Virus record (IMG/VR): IMGVR_UViG_3300037076_000066
Location: 1-63,053 of that record
Reading direction: 5' to 3' (one strand)
From: a virus
Taxonomy: Duplodnaviria > Caudoviricetes
DNA: 63,053 nucleotides
The notes under the pieces are model-generated. The model saw only the letters and a program-made list of their open reading frames with translations. It was not told the origin of the DNA and did no database searches. This document shows positions 1 to 9,585 of this stretch, one piece after another. The translations under genes and the position numbers were made by a program. How positions within the stretch are numbered: position 1 is the stretch's first letter; every line of letters starts with the position of its first letter.

Positions 1-1547
1 ACTGCGCCAGTTTCAAGGAAGTTATTTCCACGGAAACCCATCAAGATTAAGTTTTCTTGCATATAAGGATTCTTATATACTTGGAAACGACTTGCAAAGT
101 TACCTACTTTGGAAACACCCATTGCGAATTTGGCACTATCACCATCTGTATTAACTACGAATCCGGGAATTGATTCCAGAATAGTAGCAACAGCAGGTCC
201 TACGACCATGAAGTTAGCACCACCACGGAGAGTCAACTGATGAATGCTGTTCGAGATTTTCTGAATCTTGTTACCAAGAGTCTGATACCACGAAGCTTTG
301 GTGTAGTAACCGAAACCAGCACCAGCACCAGCACTAACAGAGTTATCAACTACTTGATAAGCATTAGCACCAGTCTTGATGATATCACGGTTAATCTTAG
401 CACTCCAACGTTCTTTGTTGATGTTAGGAGCACCCGTAATTAACATGTCAAGGATTTCGAGATCGATTTCCATTGATACATATTCGGAGAGCAATGCCGT
501 TAATTCTGCTTCGGCATCAACGCTATGATAAGCATTCAAATCTTGAGCTAGTTCAGGAGTCCAAACAGCTTTTAATTTGCGAGTTTTAGCAACAATCGGT
601 TCACTGTTCAACTGGAGGTTGATTTCAGGAATTCCGATGTCGGTGTGAAGACCAGTAGAAGTTCCAGAAGCATCAGCAGTCAAACCTTTATCTTCGAAAT
701 CACCACGACCCGTATCAGTAGGTTGAATACTATAATTAACCGTATTAGTTGTAGTTACACCGGAACCACTTACAACGAACACAACTTCATTTCCACTCTT
801 ACGAGTAAATCCGGGGAAATATGTGACGATACCAGAACCACTAATCGTAAACGAACGGCAAGCCGTTAGATCCGGGGATTTAGTTCCAAGAGTAGTTGTC
901 GTAACTGTATAAAGAGTGTTGGCACCTAATGATGACGAGATAGCTTGATTGACGGGGTCATTTGCATTACCCGTATCCCAGTTAATATCCCAAGCTTGAG
1001 CAGATGCCGTTACACAACCAGTGAGTGACGCCGTCTGATCGTTTAGAGTATATCCAAACTTGCCCGGACCATATAAGCCACCAACAGGAGCATTGGTAGA
1101 ACCAAGCTTCCATGAGCCGTCAACGTCCTTACTGCCACTAACCCCACCGAATAGGGATTCGTAATCAGTACCAGAATCTTTCGTGAATGCACCGCTGTTA
1201 GAACCATATTTGAAATCCAGATAGAACACGAGTCCCGACGGGAGATTCATAGGTTGAACAGAGACGAATTCCTTGGCGGCGATTTCAGCGAATACACGAC
1301 GAACGAGGGGAAGAGCTACACCAGCCCATTGTTCGGAGTTGCCAGAAGTTCCGGTAGCGGAAGATTCTTCGATAAGCTGTTTAGCTTGGTTTTCAAGCAA
1401 TACAGACATATTTGATTTTTCAACTTGACTCTTGAGACCTTCAAGTAAGCCAGTTTTGTCCCATTTGGTCACGAGACCACGGGTTTCTTGTAATAGACGA
1501 GCTTGCGGATTAAGCGCACTAGTCAATAATTGTTTTACATCGTTCAT
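1..1547 (-). CDS. gp23: Major capsid protein, T4 gp23-like (3' end runs off the window)
   Basis: Not in the ORF track. Hand translation from ATG 1547 gives MNDVKQLL...KWDKTGLLEGL...LLENQAKQL...WAGVALPLVRRVF...FVSVQPMNLPSGLVFYLDFKY and later KTRKLKAVWTPELAQDLNAYHSVDAEAELTALLSEYVSMEIDLEIL, typical gp23-family motifs. Confidence 0.95.
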   Translation of the reverse strand, partial: MNDVKQLLTSALNPQARLLQETRGLVTKWDKTGLLEGLKSQVEKSNMSVLLENQAKQLIEESSATGTSGNSEQWAGVALPLVRRVFAEIAAKEFVSVQPMNLPSGLVFYLDFKYGSNSGAFTKDSGTDYESLFGGVSGSKDVDGSWKLGSTNAPVGGLYGPGKFGYTLNDQTASLTGCVTASAQAWDINWDTGNANDPVNQAISSSLGANTLYTVTTTTLGTKSPDLTACRSFTISGSGIVTYFPGFTRKSGNEVVFVVSGSGVTTTNTVNYSIQPTDTGRGDFEDKGLTADASGTSTGLHTDIGIPEINLQLNSEPIVAKTRKLKAVWTPELAQDLNAYHSVDAEAELTALLSEYVSMEIDLEILDMLITGAPNINKERWSAKINRDIIKTGANAYQVVDNSVSAGAGAGFGYYTKASWYQTLGNKIQKISNSIHQLTLRGGANFMVVGPAVATILESIPGFVVNTDGDSAKFAMGVSKVGNFASRFQVYKNPYMQENLILMGFRGNNFLETGA

Positions 1548-1588
1548 AATTTTATTTTATTTTTTGGTTTCTAAGTTTATCTCGACCG

Positions 1589-2884
1589 TTATTTGTTTAC
1601 TATCTTAATTCCAGCGAGTTCTTGGAATCTTGATCTACTTAAAGCATTTTCAGAAATAATTTCTTTCGTTTGCTTTTCCGTTACAACTTGTTTGCTAGTA
1701 GCGAGACCTTCAGTGATGGCAGCAACTCTTGCAGGTGAAACTGATTTAGCAGTTACTTTCTTAGGAGTTGAGGTTGCACTGAAACTTAGAGCATCGGCAT
1801 AGTTAGCGAACGTCTGTTTAACTTCACGAATATTGCGGGACAAATCAAACATTTCAACGATTCGCAATTTCTGCTCACCATTGATGCTGTGTTCTTTAAA
1901 TAGCTTATTCGTGTAAAGCAATTTAGCGTTCAGCAAGTTGATTTCATTAAGTTCATTTTTAAGAAAACTAATAGCATTGGATTGCTCAGTAATTGTCTTA
2001 TTAGCTTCGGTTAATTTGGCAGTTGATTCAAAATCTCCACCACTATTAGGACGAGCCGCTTTCAATGCCGGACCAGATGTTCCACCTAGTTTCGGAGTTG
2101 ATAGATTAGTTGGGGTAGCGTTTTTTGCTACATTAGGACGTTTGGCAGTAGTTGCATCTTTTGCTTCTACAGTGCTTTCCGGCATTCCATTATCAGTAAC
2201 ACCACCCGATTCAAGTTTGGAACTTGAAGATGCAGCACTAGCAGGTTTATTGGAACCACCAGTTTTACCACCAATACCAGATGATTTTAGTTTAGTATCT
2301 TCATCCAATTTTTCTTTTTCTTCGTCATCTTCCGAGGCAATTTCTTTCTTCAAAGATTCGAGTAATTCATCTAAATCGAGTTCTTCATCCATTCCGGCAC
2401 CAGCACCATTCGGTTCGGACGGAGGTAATTCGGGTTCAGCACCCATATCACCAGTCGGTTCCGCACCCATGCCAGCCGAAGGAGCAGCAACAACAATAAC
2501 AGGAGCCTGAACAACCGGAGTTCCTTCAGGAGCAGTAGTTCCTTCCGGAGCAGGAGTAGCAACGGCAGGAGCAGCACCAGTCGGTGCAGTAGGTCCTTCG
2601 GGAGCAGGAGATTCTTCACCACCACCAACAGGTTCGCCCGTTGAACCTTCAATATCAGATTCTAATTCTTTAATGAGAGAATCAATATCGGCTTCACCAA
2701 CAACAGATTCATCTTCCATAGGAGCAGAAGTAGCCGATTCTTTTTTAAGTTTTTCGGCAAATAGTGCTTGGTATTTATCATTGAATTGTTCTTCAAGAGC
2801 AACTTTAGCATTGGCCAGAGCAGTTTGTCTTACGGCTTTTGCCAGAGCAATTGCTTCGGTAATTTCAGATTTAGTAGTATTCAT
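1589..2884 (-). CDS. Prohead scaffolding/core protein (gp22-like role)
   Basis: Directly upstream of the MCP; acidic, Pro/Ala-rich with coiled-coil segments; LNEINLLNAKLLYTNKLF and C-terminal RFQELAGI. Confidence 0.8.
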   Translation of the reverse strand: MNTTKSEITEAIALAKAVRQTALANAKVALEEQFNDKYQALFAEKLKKESATSAPMEDESVVGEADIDSLIKELESDIEGSTGEPVGGGEESPAPEGPTAPTGAAPAVATPAPEGTTAPEGTPVVQAPVIVVAAPSAGMGAEPTGDMGAEPELPPSEPNGAGAGMDEELDLDELLESLKKEIASEDDEEKEKLDEDTKLKSSGIGGKTGGSNKPASAASSSSKLESGGVTDNGMPESTVEAKDATTAKRPNVAKNATPTNLSTPKLGGTSGPALKAARPNSGGDFESTAKLTEANKTITEQSNAISFLKNELNEINLLNAKLLYTNKLFKEHSINGEQKLRIVEMFDLSRNIREVKQTFANYADALSFSATSTPKKVTAKSVSPARVAAITEGLATSKQVVTEKQTKEIISENALSRSRFQELAGIKIVNK

Positions 2885-3032
2885 ATTTTATTTTCGTTTT
2901 TTGTTAATCTGAAGTTATTGGAACTCCAATCAAGAATTTTTTATTAATGTGCCAGCACAAGAATGCTGTATTATAAATATAAATATATATTAAAAATCGA
3001 AAAACACAAAAAATCTTTATATTTATTATCAT

Positions 3033-3647
3033 ATGATTAATGAAAAACTACAAAACATAATAAAATCGAGGGATTCCTTAGATTTTAATGGTAAAAAAAA
3101 GTTATTAAAAATATTAAAAGAATGTAAAAAATCATATAAATCATTAATTTATGAGAATGATGATGTCGATTTAAATGTTATTGCTAAAAAATTTAATACT
3201 CAATCTGATTTTAATAGTTATGTGGCACAACATCGAGGATTACAGATTTTGCCGCAGGAAAAGCAAGCAATTGTAAATTATACATCGGCTAAACCAGTTG
3301 AGATGAATGATTTTATGGTGAAATATGAATCGACTGATGATTATTCTAACAATAATACGACAATCGTTAAAAAATTAAAAGAAGGTAATCAATTTTGTTG
3401 GACGGCGTTTTCTAAGAATACTAATATGGAATCTTCAACTAATACACAACAAGGGGATAATAATTTGCAAGAAATTGATGGAGAACAACAACCATCTACC
3501 CAACAACAAGCGAATCAGCAACAACCACCCCCTGAAGAAATTCCTAAAATTGATAATACTTTAGAAGTAATTAAAAGTGTTCCCTTTACAGATGAAACTA
3601 ATGGGGCTAAAATAGTCTCAGAATTTTTAATTAAACTTGATATCTAA
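3033..3647 (+). CDS. Hypothetical protein, possible head-associated
   Basis: 204 aa ORF preceded by ATATTTATT motif 5 nt before ATG. Confidence 0.65.
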   Translation: MINEKLQNIIKSRDSLDFNGKKKLLKILKECKKSYKSLIYENDDVDLNVIAKKFNTQSDFNSYVAQHRGLQILPQEKQAIVNYTSAKPVEMNDFMVKYESTDDYSNNNTTIVKKLKEGNQFCWTAFSKNTNMESSTNTQQGDNNLQEIDGEQQPSTQQQANQQQPPPEEIPKIDNTLEVIKSVPFTDETNGAKIVSEFLIKLDI

Positions 3648-3670
3648 CTATTTGAGTTATATTTATATCT

Positions 3671-3991
3671 ATGATCCTCTTAAAAGAACTATTAGATTCC
3701 ATTGATAAAGATAATAAGTCGGGTATGATATGTATTGATAATTGGAAATTGAGTGAAGTAGAATATCTTCATAACGTAGGATTTATCTTTGAAGATGATT
3801 ATAAAATGTCAACTCCGAAGCCTCCTATTATTTCTATTTATAAAAAGAAAGATAGTGCCGACGATAAAAAATCAAAGGGAACTTTCTATTTAGAAGAACC
3901 TGATAAGAGTATTAAGACCTTTAACGAATTTAAAGATATGATACTTTTCTTTGATAAATATGAACAAAGCGAGATTGACGATAGAGAATAA
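3671..3991 (+). CDS. Hypothetical protein
   Basis: 106 aa ORF; ATATTTATA motif 3 nt before ATG; N-terminus MILLKELL. Confidence 0.65.
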   Translation: MILLKELLDSIDKDNKSGMICIDNWKLSEVEYLHNVGFIFEDDYKMSTPKPPIISIYKKKDSADDKKSKGTFYLEEPDKSIKTFNEFKDMILFFDKYEQSEIDDRE

Positions 3992-4026
3992 TCAAATAAA
4001 ACACAATTTCAAATATATTTATACCT

Positions 4027-4557
4027 ATGAGCATTTTAAAAAATACCAAGTTATCCCTCAAACAAATTGTTGAGAATTTAGATAAAATTCCATCTTCTAC
4101 CGGATTTGATGATGAGCCGAAGAAATTAACACCAGAACAAAAGAAACGTTTAATGGAGATGGCCGCACAATTTGAAAAATTCGGAGAAGTATTTAGAAAT
4201 GAAGCCGCTATTTTAGAATCTACTAAATCAATGACGGAATTATGTGAATTAGCGGAGACTTACGCTGTTAATGAGTGCCCCGATGTCTTTCAGAGCGACA
4301 TCGTGAAGAAGGATATGGTTAATATGAAAAAACATATTTCGGAACACAGCAAAATCGCTAAGGAATGTTATGCTAGAATGCAACAGCTACGAGTCTCTCA
4401 TGAAAACATCGGGCACATTTTGAATAGGTATTATAATCTCAAAGAAATTGCTGAAAGTATGGGATTTACTCCGTCTAGTGCTACTACAGTTGCCGGAACA
4501 CCACAAACTCCATTGGAAATTGGTGCGGCTCCTCAAGTAATGGAACGCAAGAAATAA
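4027..4557 (+). CDS. Hypothetical helical protein, possible head-associated
   Basis: 176 aa ORF; ATATTTATA motif 3 nt before ATG. Confidence 0.7.
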   Translation: MSILKNTKLSLKQIVENLDKIPSSTGFDDEPKKLTPEQKKRLMEMAAQFEKFGEVFRNEAAILESTKSMTELCELAETYAVNECPDVFQSDIVKKDMVNMKKHISEHSKIAKECYARMQQLRVSHENIGHILNRYYNLKEIAESMGFTPSSATTVAGTPQTPLEIGAAPQVMERKK

Positions 4558-4570
4558 TCATTACTTCTTA

Positions 4571-4849
4571 CTAATCGCCATAACAAGTTCCTTTGGGACA
4601 TCGTTTAACTTTAACAAATCTTTTACGTTTTAAACATTCCGGACAAGGGATATAAGTTACTGGTTCTTTCCAATTATCCGTTATTTTTCTAATTTTTACA
4701 TTATCAGCATCTCGCTCTTTAATGGGCATCCATATTCTTTTCGTTATATAATATTTAACGCAACATGCAGGTATTCCTGAGTGGACGAGTCCACATTCTA
4801 TATGGTGAGGAATTTCAACTAAATTTAAATATATATTTGTTTTCGTCAT
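4571..4849 (-). CDS. Small Cys-rich hypothetical protein
   Basis: 92 aa; GIPACC and YIPCPEC motifs. Confidence 0.6.
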   Translation of the reverse strand: MTKTNIYLNLVEIPHHIECGLVHSGIPACCVKYYITKRIWMPIKERDADNVKIRKITDNWKEPVTYIPCPECLKRKRFVKVKRCPKGTCYGD

Positions 4850-4884
4850 ATCTTCTTAAAAGACTTTTTTATTGATGAAGATAT

Positions 4885-5106
4885 TCATTTATTAATTTTA
4901 ATTAAGACTTTAAATTTTGTCGATTTCCCATATCTAGAAGGAACTGCTTCAAATTTTATCGTGCCGTCGTGAATGGTTTCCATCATTGATATTTGATAAT
5001 ATTTATCTTCGATTTGAAGAACATCGTGGGGCATTATTTTTTCACGGGTAATACCAGATACTCCGCTAATACCTTCTTTAATTTCAATTATATCTTTTAG
5101 AGTCAT
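4885..5106 (-). CDS. Hypothetical protein
   Basis: 73 aa ORF abutting the upstream ORF. Confidence 0.55.
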   Translation of the reverse strand: MTLKDIIEIKEGISGVSGITREKIMPHDVLQIEDKYYQISMMETIHDGTIKFEAVPSRYGKSTKFKVLIKINK

Positions 5107-5107
5107 A

Positions 5108-5319
5108 TTATTTCTTAGTCAATTCAACAATGTCATTGTATAATTTTACAATTAAACTTTTTTCTCGTTTATTAAATGCTATATGTTCTATATTATTGTA
5201 TGTAGTTTCCATCTCAAGAATATGAGGAGATATCTTCTCATTCCTCAATTTAGATATTTTAACTTGTATTTTTTCAATTTCTTTTTCCAATGCAGCCGCA
5301 TCATTTTCATCATCTGTCT
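5108..5319 (-). pseudogene. 3' part of a gene interrupted by the tnpB element
   Basis: Same frame as 6644..6904; reads ETDDENDAAALEKEIEKIQ... right up to the element left end. Confidence 0.65.
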
Positions 5320-5373
5320 CGCAAGGAAACCCAGACGGCTTTAGCCTCTGGGAGGAATTGCGACATTCTCAAT

Positions 5374-5401
5374 ATATTATCAGATAACTAATAATTGTCA
5401 A
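5374..5401 (-). promoter_or_regulatory. Outward-facing sigma70-type promoter in the element left end
   Basis: TTGACA-16 nt-TAATAT; CTGATAATAT matches the promoter at 9586-9613. Confidence 0.55.
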
Positions 5402-5495
5402 GTAATATTTAAATTTAGTTGATTATCAACAACTTATGACTAATTTTGAAGATTTATTGTATTTTGACAATTCTTCACTATATTTATATATTGTA

Positions 5496-6647
5496 GTGAA
5501 GACATATAACACAAAATTAATATTCAGTTGTCCCGAAGATAAAATTCTTCTCGTTGAAACATTGAATTTAAAACAGCAAGCCGCAAATATTATTTCTAAA
5601 ATTAGATTTGATATGAAGACTTGTAATGGTATTATGCCTCTTCACCAACGCTCTTATAAATTAATTAAAGAACAATTACCAACTCTTCCTTCTCAATATA
5701 TCATAAAAGCAGAACAGGATGTCATTGCTAAATATAAAACAATTAGAAAAAATAAACATAAAATAAATGAAGCCGTTACTTTTTCCAAATTATCAACCTC
5801 ATTAGATAAAAGAATTTATAAGTTTTTAGATGATAATAGAATTAAATTGACTACCCACGATAAGAGAATTGTATGTGAATTTGAAACGTATACTAAATTA
5901 AATGAGATGTTGTCTAAGTATAAATTGAGAGACCCATCGGTATTTGTAACTCAAAATAATGACGTTTATGTTTCTCTTGTGTTTGATGATACATTAGAAT
6001 TTATCGATAATAATAAAGCAATCGGAATTGATTTAGGACTAAAACGATTGGTAGCAACTAGTGATGGAACTATAATTAAAGGAAATGAATTTAATAAACA
6101 AAAGAGAAAGATAAGATGGAACAAAAGAAAATTCCAAAGTAAGAAAAATAATTCTCATTCTTCTCGTAAAAAATTAAAATCACTTCGAAAAAAAGAAGCA
6201 AATTTTAGTAAAAATTATATTCATCACGTTGTTAATAATTTATTAAAATCGACAGATGTTAATACATTTGTTATCGAAGATTTAAGTAAAATAAAAAGTA
6301 AGAATAAGGGGAAAAGATTTAACAATCGATTAAGTCAGGTTCCCTTTTATAAGTTTAAGGAAATTTTAATCTACAAAGCACAATCTCTCGGAAAGAGAGT
6401 GGAAATGGTTAAGCCTTATTTTACATCTCAAAATGACCATAGAGGTATTGAGAGTGGTAAAAGAGTAGGTTGTAGATATTATAGTTCGGATGGTGTAGTG
6501 TTAGATGCTGATGTAAATGCAGCAATTAATATACTACAACGAAGTCAGAACAAACACTCCAACTCGTCTTGTAAAGGACTGGATGGACAGGTGACTGTCA
6601 ACTCACCAATCGTCGGAATTAATTCCGGCAAGCCCAAGCGTCTTTAG
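5496..6647 (+). CDS. tnpB: TnpB RNA-guided endonuclease (likely GTG start at 5496)
   Basis: RuvC motifs GIDLGLK, VIEDL, TSQ...DADVNAAINI; ATATTTATA motif 7 nt before the GTG. Confidence 0.92.
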   Translation: MKTYNTKLIFSCPEDKILLVETLNLKQQAANIISKIRFDMKTCNGIMPLHQRSYKLIKEQLPTLPSQYIIKAEQDVIAKYKTIRKNKHKINEAVTFSKLSTSLDKRIYKFLDDNRIKLTTHDKRIVCEFETYTKLNEMLSKYKLRDPSVFVTQNNDVYVSLVFDDTLEFIDNNKAIGIDLGLKRLVATSDGTIIKGNEFNKQKRKIRWNKRKFQSKKNNSHSSRKKLKSLRKKEANFSKNYIHHVVNNLLKSTDVNTFVIEDLSKIKSKNKGKRFNNRLSQVPFYKFKEILIYKAQSLGKRVEMVKPYFTSQNDHRGIESGKRVGCRYYSSDGVVLDADVNAAINILQRSQNKHSNSSCKGLDGQVTVNSPIVGINSGKPKRL

Positions 6648-6683
6648 ACCTTGGGTAGTTGACCTTCAATTAATAATTTTAAC
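6480..6683 (+). ncRNA. Predicted omegaRNA/reRNA overlapping the tnpB 3' end, guide from right flank (CTTCAATTAATAATTTTAAC)
   Basis: Established TnpB architecture; right-end hairpin seen; 5' boundary is a guess. Confidence 0.5.
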
Positions 6684-6904
6684 AATTCTAATTTATCAAC
6701 ATTTGATAATTTTAAAATCTCAGTTCTATCCCAATAATCAAAATCCCCAATTCCATAAAAACTATCGAAACACTGCCTAAATTTTTTATATCTGGTATTA
6801 ATATATTCACTAACTTGACGAGTAGAATAGCACGTTGGAGGAGGATTCATTCCCATCCATATCCATGCCCAGTTATCATTTCCTCTTGGATTTTTATTAC
6901 TCAT
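6664..6904 (-). pseudogene. 5' part of the gene interrupted by the tnpB element
   Basis: ORF 6644..6904 takes its last codons (QLPKV*) from the element right end. Confidence 0.65.
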
Positions 6905-6941
6905 AATATTTTCATGTAATGATTTTTGTTTTTTAATTCTT

Positions 6942-7604
6942 TCATAAAGTTAATTTTACTCTCCAAACAGATATCATTTTGCCGGTCATTTGACTTAGAG
7001 TTGGATTTAAATTTTTAATATATTTTGCCGTATTTTTCTCTATCATATCTTCCAGACAACTTAAATCTTTGATTTTTCCTAAATCTTGCCAACCACCCAT
7101 AACAAAAAATTTAAAGTGATTCTTAAAATAATCAATATCAACTACCAGTCCATCATTAGTATTTACTACGACCCATAATTTCATTTTTTCGATAGTTGAC
7201 CCATTGACAATATCAATCCCATCATATCGTTCATCTATAACATCGAACAAATTTAAATCAGAAACATTTAAACTGGTTCCGTTTATTCTCCAGTATAGAT
7301 TTTCACATTTAAATTTGTAAACATTATATAATTCGCCAATTTTTGTGGCACATAACTCAATCTCCCCTATATAATCAGAATTAACATTATAATCAGTTGA
7401 TAATCCTAGATTTGGGTCGTTTAACTTATTCAGAGGAACGCAAGATAATGTTATAATATCATTATGTTTCTTTGGAATTAATACGTGAGTGCATATATTC
7501 TCCAAGAAAAAATTACCCAATTCTTCTTGTCCTGTTTTTGAACAATCACTAAATCTATAAGGATATACTATTACGTCTCTCGTGTTAAATTTTTGGTAGG
7601 TCAT
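6942..7604 (-). CDS. Hypothetical protein
   Basis: 220 aa; ATGA overlap with the upstream gene. Confidence 0.7.
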   Translation of the reverse strand: MTYQKFNTRDVIVYPYRFSDCSKTGQEELGNFFLENICTHVLIPKKHNDIITLSCVPLNKLNDPNLGLSTDYNVNSDYIGEIELCATKIGELYNVYKFKCENLYWRINGTSLNVSDLNLFDVIDERYDGIDIVNGSTIEKMKLWVVVNTNDGLVVDIDYFKNHFKFFVMGGWQDLGKIKDLSCLEDMIEKNTAKYIKNLNPTLSQMTGKMISVWRVKLTL

Positions 7605-8710
7605 AATTTTAATAATTTCTGATATAACTCATTAATTTTTTCGTAATTAACTGTTTTTGGTAAAGTAGTTGTTTTATACAATTCTTCTACTTCAAGTTGT
7701 TTCTTATCAAACCAATCTTTTAACTGGTCGTAAGTCCATTTACCATTGCGAATGTCTAATAGTTCTTCAGCATCAGGACGCCTAACTATTACTCCTTTTC
7801 CGCTAAGTATTTCGACCGACATCCGTTGGAGCCTAACTAAATGGGCAGCACTTTTTGTGTCGAAGTTATAATCCTTTTCTAATTTCATTCGATCTAAATT
7901 TCTATTTTCTTTCCAGTTAAGCCAACTATTATAATCCTTTAAATCGTTCTTATAACGAGTTTCTCTCAATATTAAATTGGTAATTTCAGCCGACAAATTA
8001 AATGTATTCGAAAAATCAGTTAAAATGGCCTCTTCATATTTCTGTGGCCAGTTATCCCAAGAAATTTTATTATTGCATAATTTTAAGACACATTCCCATA
8101 CAGTTTCTTTTAATTCTTGCCGCTCCAATTCATCCAGAGAAAATTTAGAGAAATTCCAATTTTCAATTTCTTTCTTGACTAATCTGTCAATTTCAGAATG
8201 TCCTTGTAATACTTCACCGACTAATCCATAATCTTTACGATCAGGTTTCTTCAAATCTCCTTTAATTAACCATCGACGATGACGCTCAATTAATGAAAAC
8301 TGGCTGGTCGAGTATCCGCCAAATGTCCACTTTGCTTTAGTAGAAATGAATAAATCTCTATTTTTTAGTAACTCTTCACCGATCTTATTACATTCGAGAA
8401 TATCAGACGAATCAACAAATAAAAGCGAAATTATGTTCGGATTTACTTGTGCTGCTAATTGAAAAAATTTAGAAAGACTAAATGCAGTCGATTCGAATTT
8501 GGGATTATTAGGATTTTTTAAATGAGAATATTTAAGTTCTAAATCTTTATTATTGATGGCTTGGTCGAATTTATTAAAGAGATGTTCTCTAACTTCGATG
8601 GGAGGCAATACTATTGCTTTGCAATCGAAATCAGAATGTGACTGGTTCATTCCGTATGCGGAGCTTCCGTCAATTGCTAAAAAACTAATATTAGGTAATA
8701 ACCACTTCAT
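7601..8710 (-). CDS. Nucleotidyltransferase (T4 NrdC.11 / RlaP-like family)
   Basis: GSSAYG...SDFD Pol-beta NTase motif; NPNIISLLF; DTKSAAHLVRL...LLDIRNG C-terminus. Confidence 0.85.
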   Translation of the reverse strand: MKWLLPNISFLAIDGSSAYGMNQSHSDFDCKAIVLPPIEVREHLFNKFDQAINNKDLELKYSHLKNPNNPKFESTAFSLSKFFQLAAQVNPNIISLLFVDSSDILECNKIGEELLKNRDLFISTKAKWTFGGYSTSQFSLIERHRRWLIKGDLKKPDRKDYGLVGEVLQGHSEIDRLVKKEIENWNFSKFSLDELERQELKETVWECVLKLCNNKISWDNWPQKYEEAILTDFSNTFNLSAEITNLILRETRYKNDLKDYNSWLNWKENRNLDRMKLEKDYNFDTKSAAHLVRLQRMSVEILSGKGVIVRRPDAEELLDIRNGKWTYDQLKDWFDKKQLEVEELYKTTTLPKTVNYEKINELYQKLLKL

Positions 8711-8716
8711 TTGAAT

Positions 8717-8744
8717 AGTTTATCAGAATTATCGAAGAAGTCAA
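8717..8744 (-). promoter_or_regulatory. Early sigma70-type promoter, repeat copy 1
   Basis: TTGACT TCTTCGATAATTCTGA TAAACT, 6 nt before ATG 8710. Confidence 0.75.
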
Positions 8745-9310
8745 GGAAATTGATTATACATTATAACGGCGTGGTGGCGTTTACTGATAGTTATAATTAT
8801 TCCTTCGAAATTTTTATGGAACATTTCAATTGTTAATATTTTATAGGGATTTTTTTCGACTATTCCGTTAATTCGAATGGCTCCAGATTTAATAAATTCG
8901 GTGGCTTTCCCAACTCCTTCATCTCCAACTAATCGACTATGATGCTTATTAGTCCAGACAATTGCTTGGCGAAGTGTTATATTATTATAATCTTCTTCTC
9001 CTTTTAATAAAGGATATTTCGACCACTCCGATGCTACTGATAAATGATTGAAATAATTCCCATATTCGACTATAAATGGATATCCTAATATGCCATGTGT
9101 AAATATATCATACACAGGTTCAACGATAAATCGTGGCCATTCTTGGATGGTAATAAGTTCTAATAATTCGCAATTATCGACTGGTTGATGATATAAGTAT
9201 TTATACCAATTATCCTTTTTGATATGTTCCCGCAATTCTTCCGGCGAATATCTATCAGATAAAAAATCTAGTTTCTTTTTCAATGTTTCCCAATTTTCGT
9301 CAAATGACAT
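8741..9310 (-). CDS. Hypothetical protein with C-terminal S4-like RNA-binding domain
   Basis: GKATEFIKSGAIRING...IIITISKRHHAVI resembles the S4 domain of TyrRS. Confidence 0.6.
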   Translation of the reverse strand: MSFDENWETLKKKLDFLSDRYSPEELREHIKKDNWYKYLYHQPVDNCELLELITIQEWPRFIVEPVYDIFTHGILGYPFIVEYGNYFNHLSVASEWSKYPLLKGEEDYNNITLRQAIVWTNKHHSRLVGDEGVGKATEFIKSGAIRINGIVEKNPYKILTIEMFHKNFEGIIITISKRHHAVIMYNQFP

Positions 9311-9316
9311 AATTGA

Positions 9317-9344
9317 ATTGTATCAGAATTATTGAAGAAGTCAA
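9317..9344 (-). promoter_or_regulatory. Early sigma70-type promoter, repeat copy 2
   Basis: TTGACT TCTTCAATAATTCTGA TACAAT, 6 nt before ATG 9310. Confidence 0.75.
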
Positions 9345-9348
9345 GAAA

Positions 9349-9579
9349 TTAAACTTCGTCTTCCGTTAACTCAACAAAATTATCAGAGTGCCATCCCCAA
9401 GTGATTGAGCCATCTTTTTTACCGATAACACAATGTCCCGGCATATTAGGAATTTCTCCTAAGAATATGTAATTTGAGTTTGGCATGAAGGGATAATGGT
9501 CATGATATTTTTTATCAATACTACCAAAATCAAAGTTCACAAGACTTAATTTACGAGGAATTTTATTATTTTTAGACAT
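9349..9579 (-). CDS. Small phage hypothetical protein
   Basis: 76 aa; FLGEIPNMPGHC...HSDNF; has its own promoter. Confidence 0.7.
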   Translation of the reverse strand: MSKNNKIPRKLSLVNFDFGSIDKKYHDHYPFMPNSNYIFLGEIPNMPGHCVIGKKDGSITWGWHSDNFVELTEDEV

Positions 9580-9585
9580 CTACCA

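Larger units (their letters stand above)
5320..6663 (+). mobile_element. Non-autonomous IS200/IS605-family element (tnpB only)
   Basis: Left-end hairpin CCCAGACGGCTTTAGCCTCTGGG (5330-5352) and right-end hairpin AAGCCCAAGCGTCTTTAGACCTTGGGTAGTTGAC ending 6663; no tnpA; excision restores a reading frame; left boundary uncertain by a few nt. Confidence 0.85.

Noticed and set aside
240-2912. Plus-strand and alternate-frame ORFs over the capsid and scaffold genes
   Set aside because: Shadow ORFs of well-supported minus-strand genes; the same applies to most short ORFs overlapping long genes elsewhere in the track
5436-5495. tnpB start at ATG 5436
   Set aside because: The region holds promoter motifs; GTG 5496 fits the motif spacing and a typical TnpB N-terminus
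5320-6700. CRISPR-Cas12f locus or IStron
   Set aside because: No repeat-spacer array; the element is antisense to the interrupted gene and has no room for a group I intron
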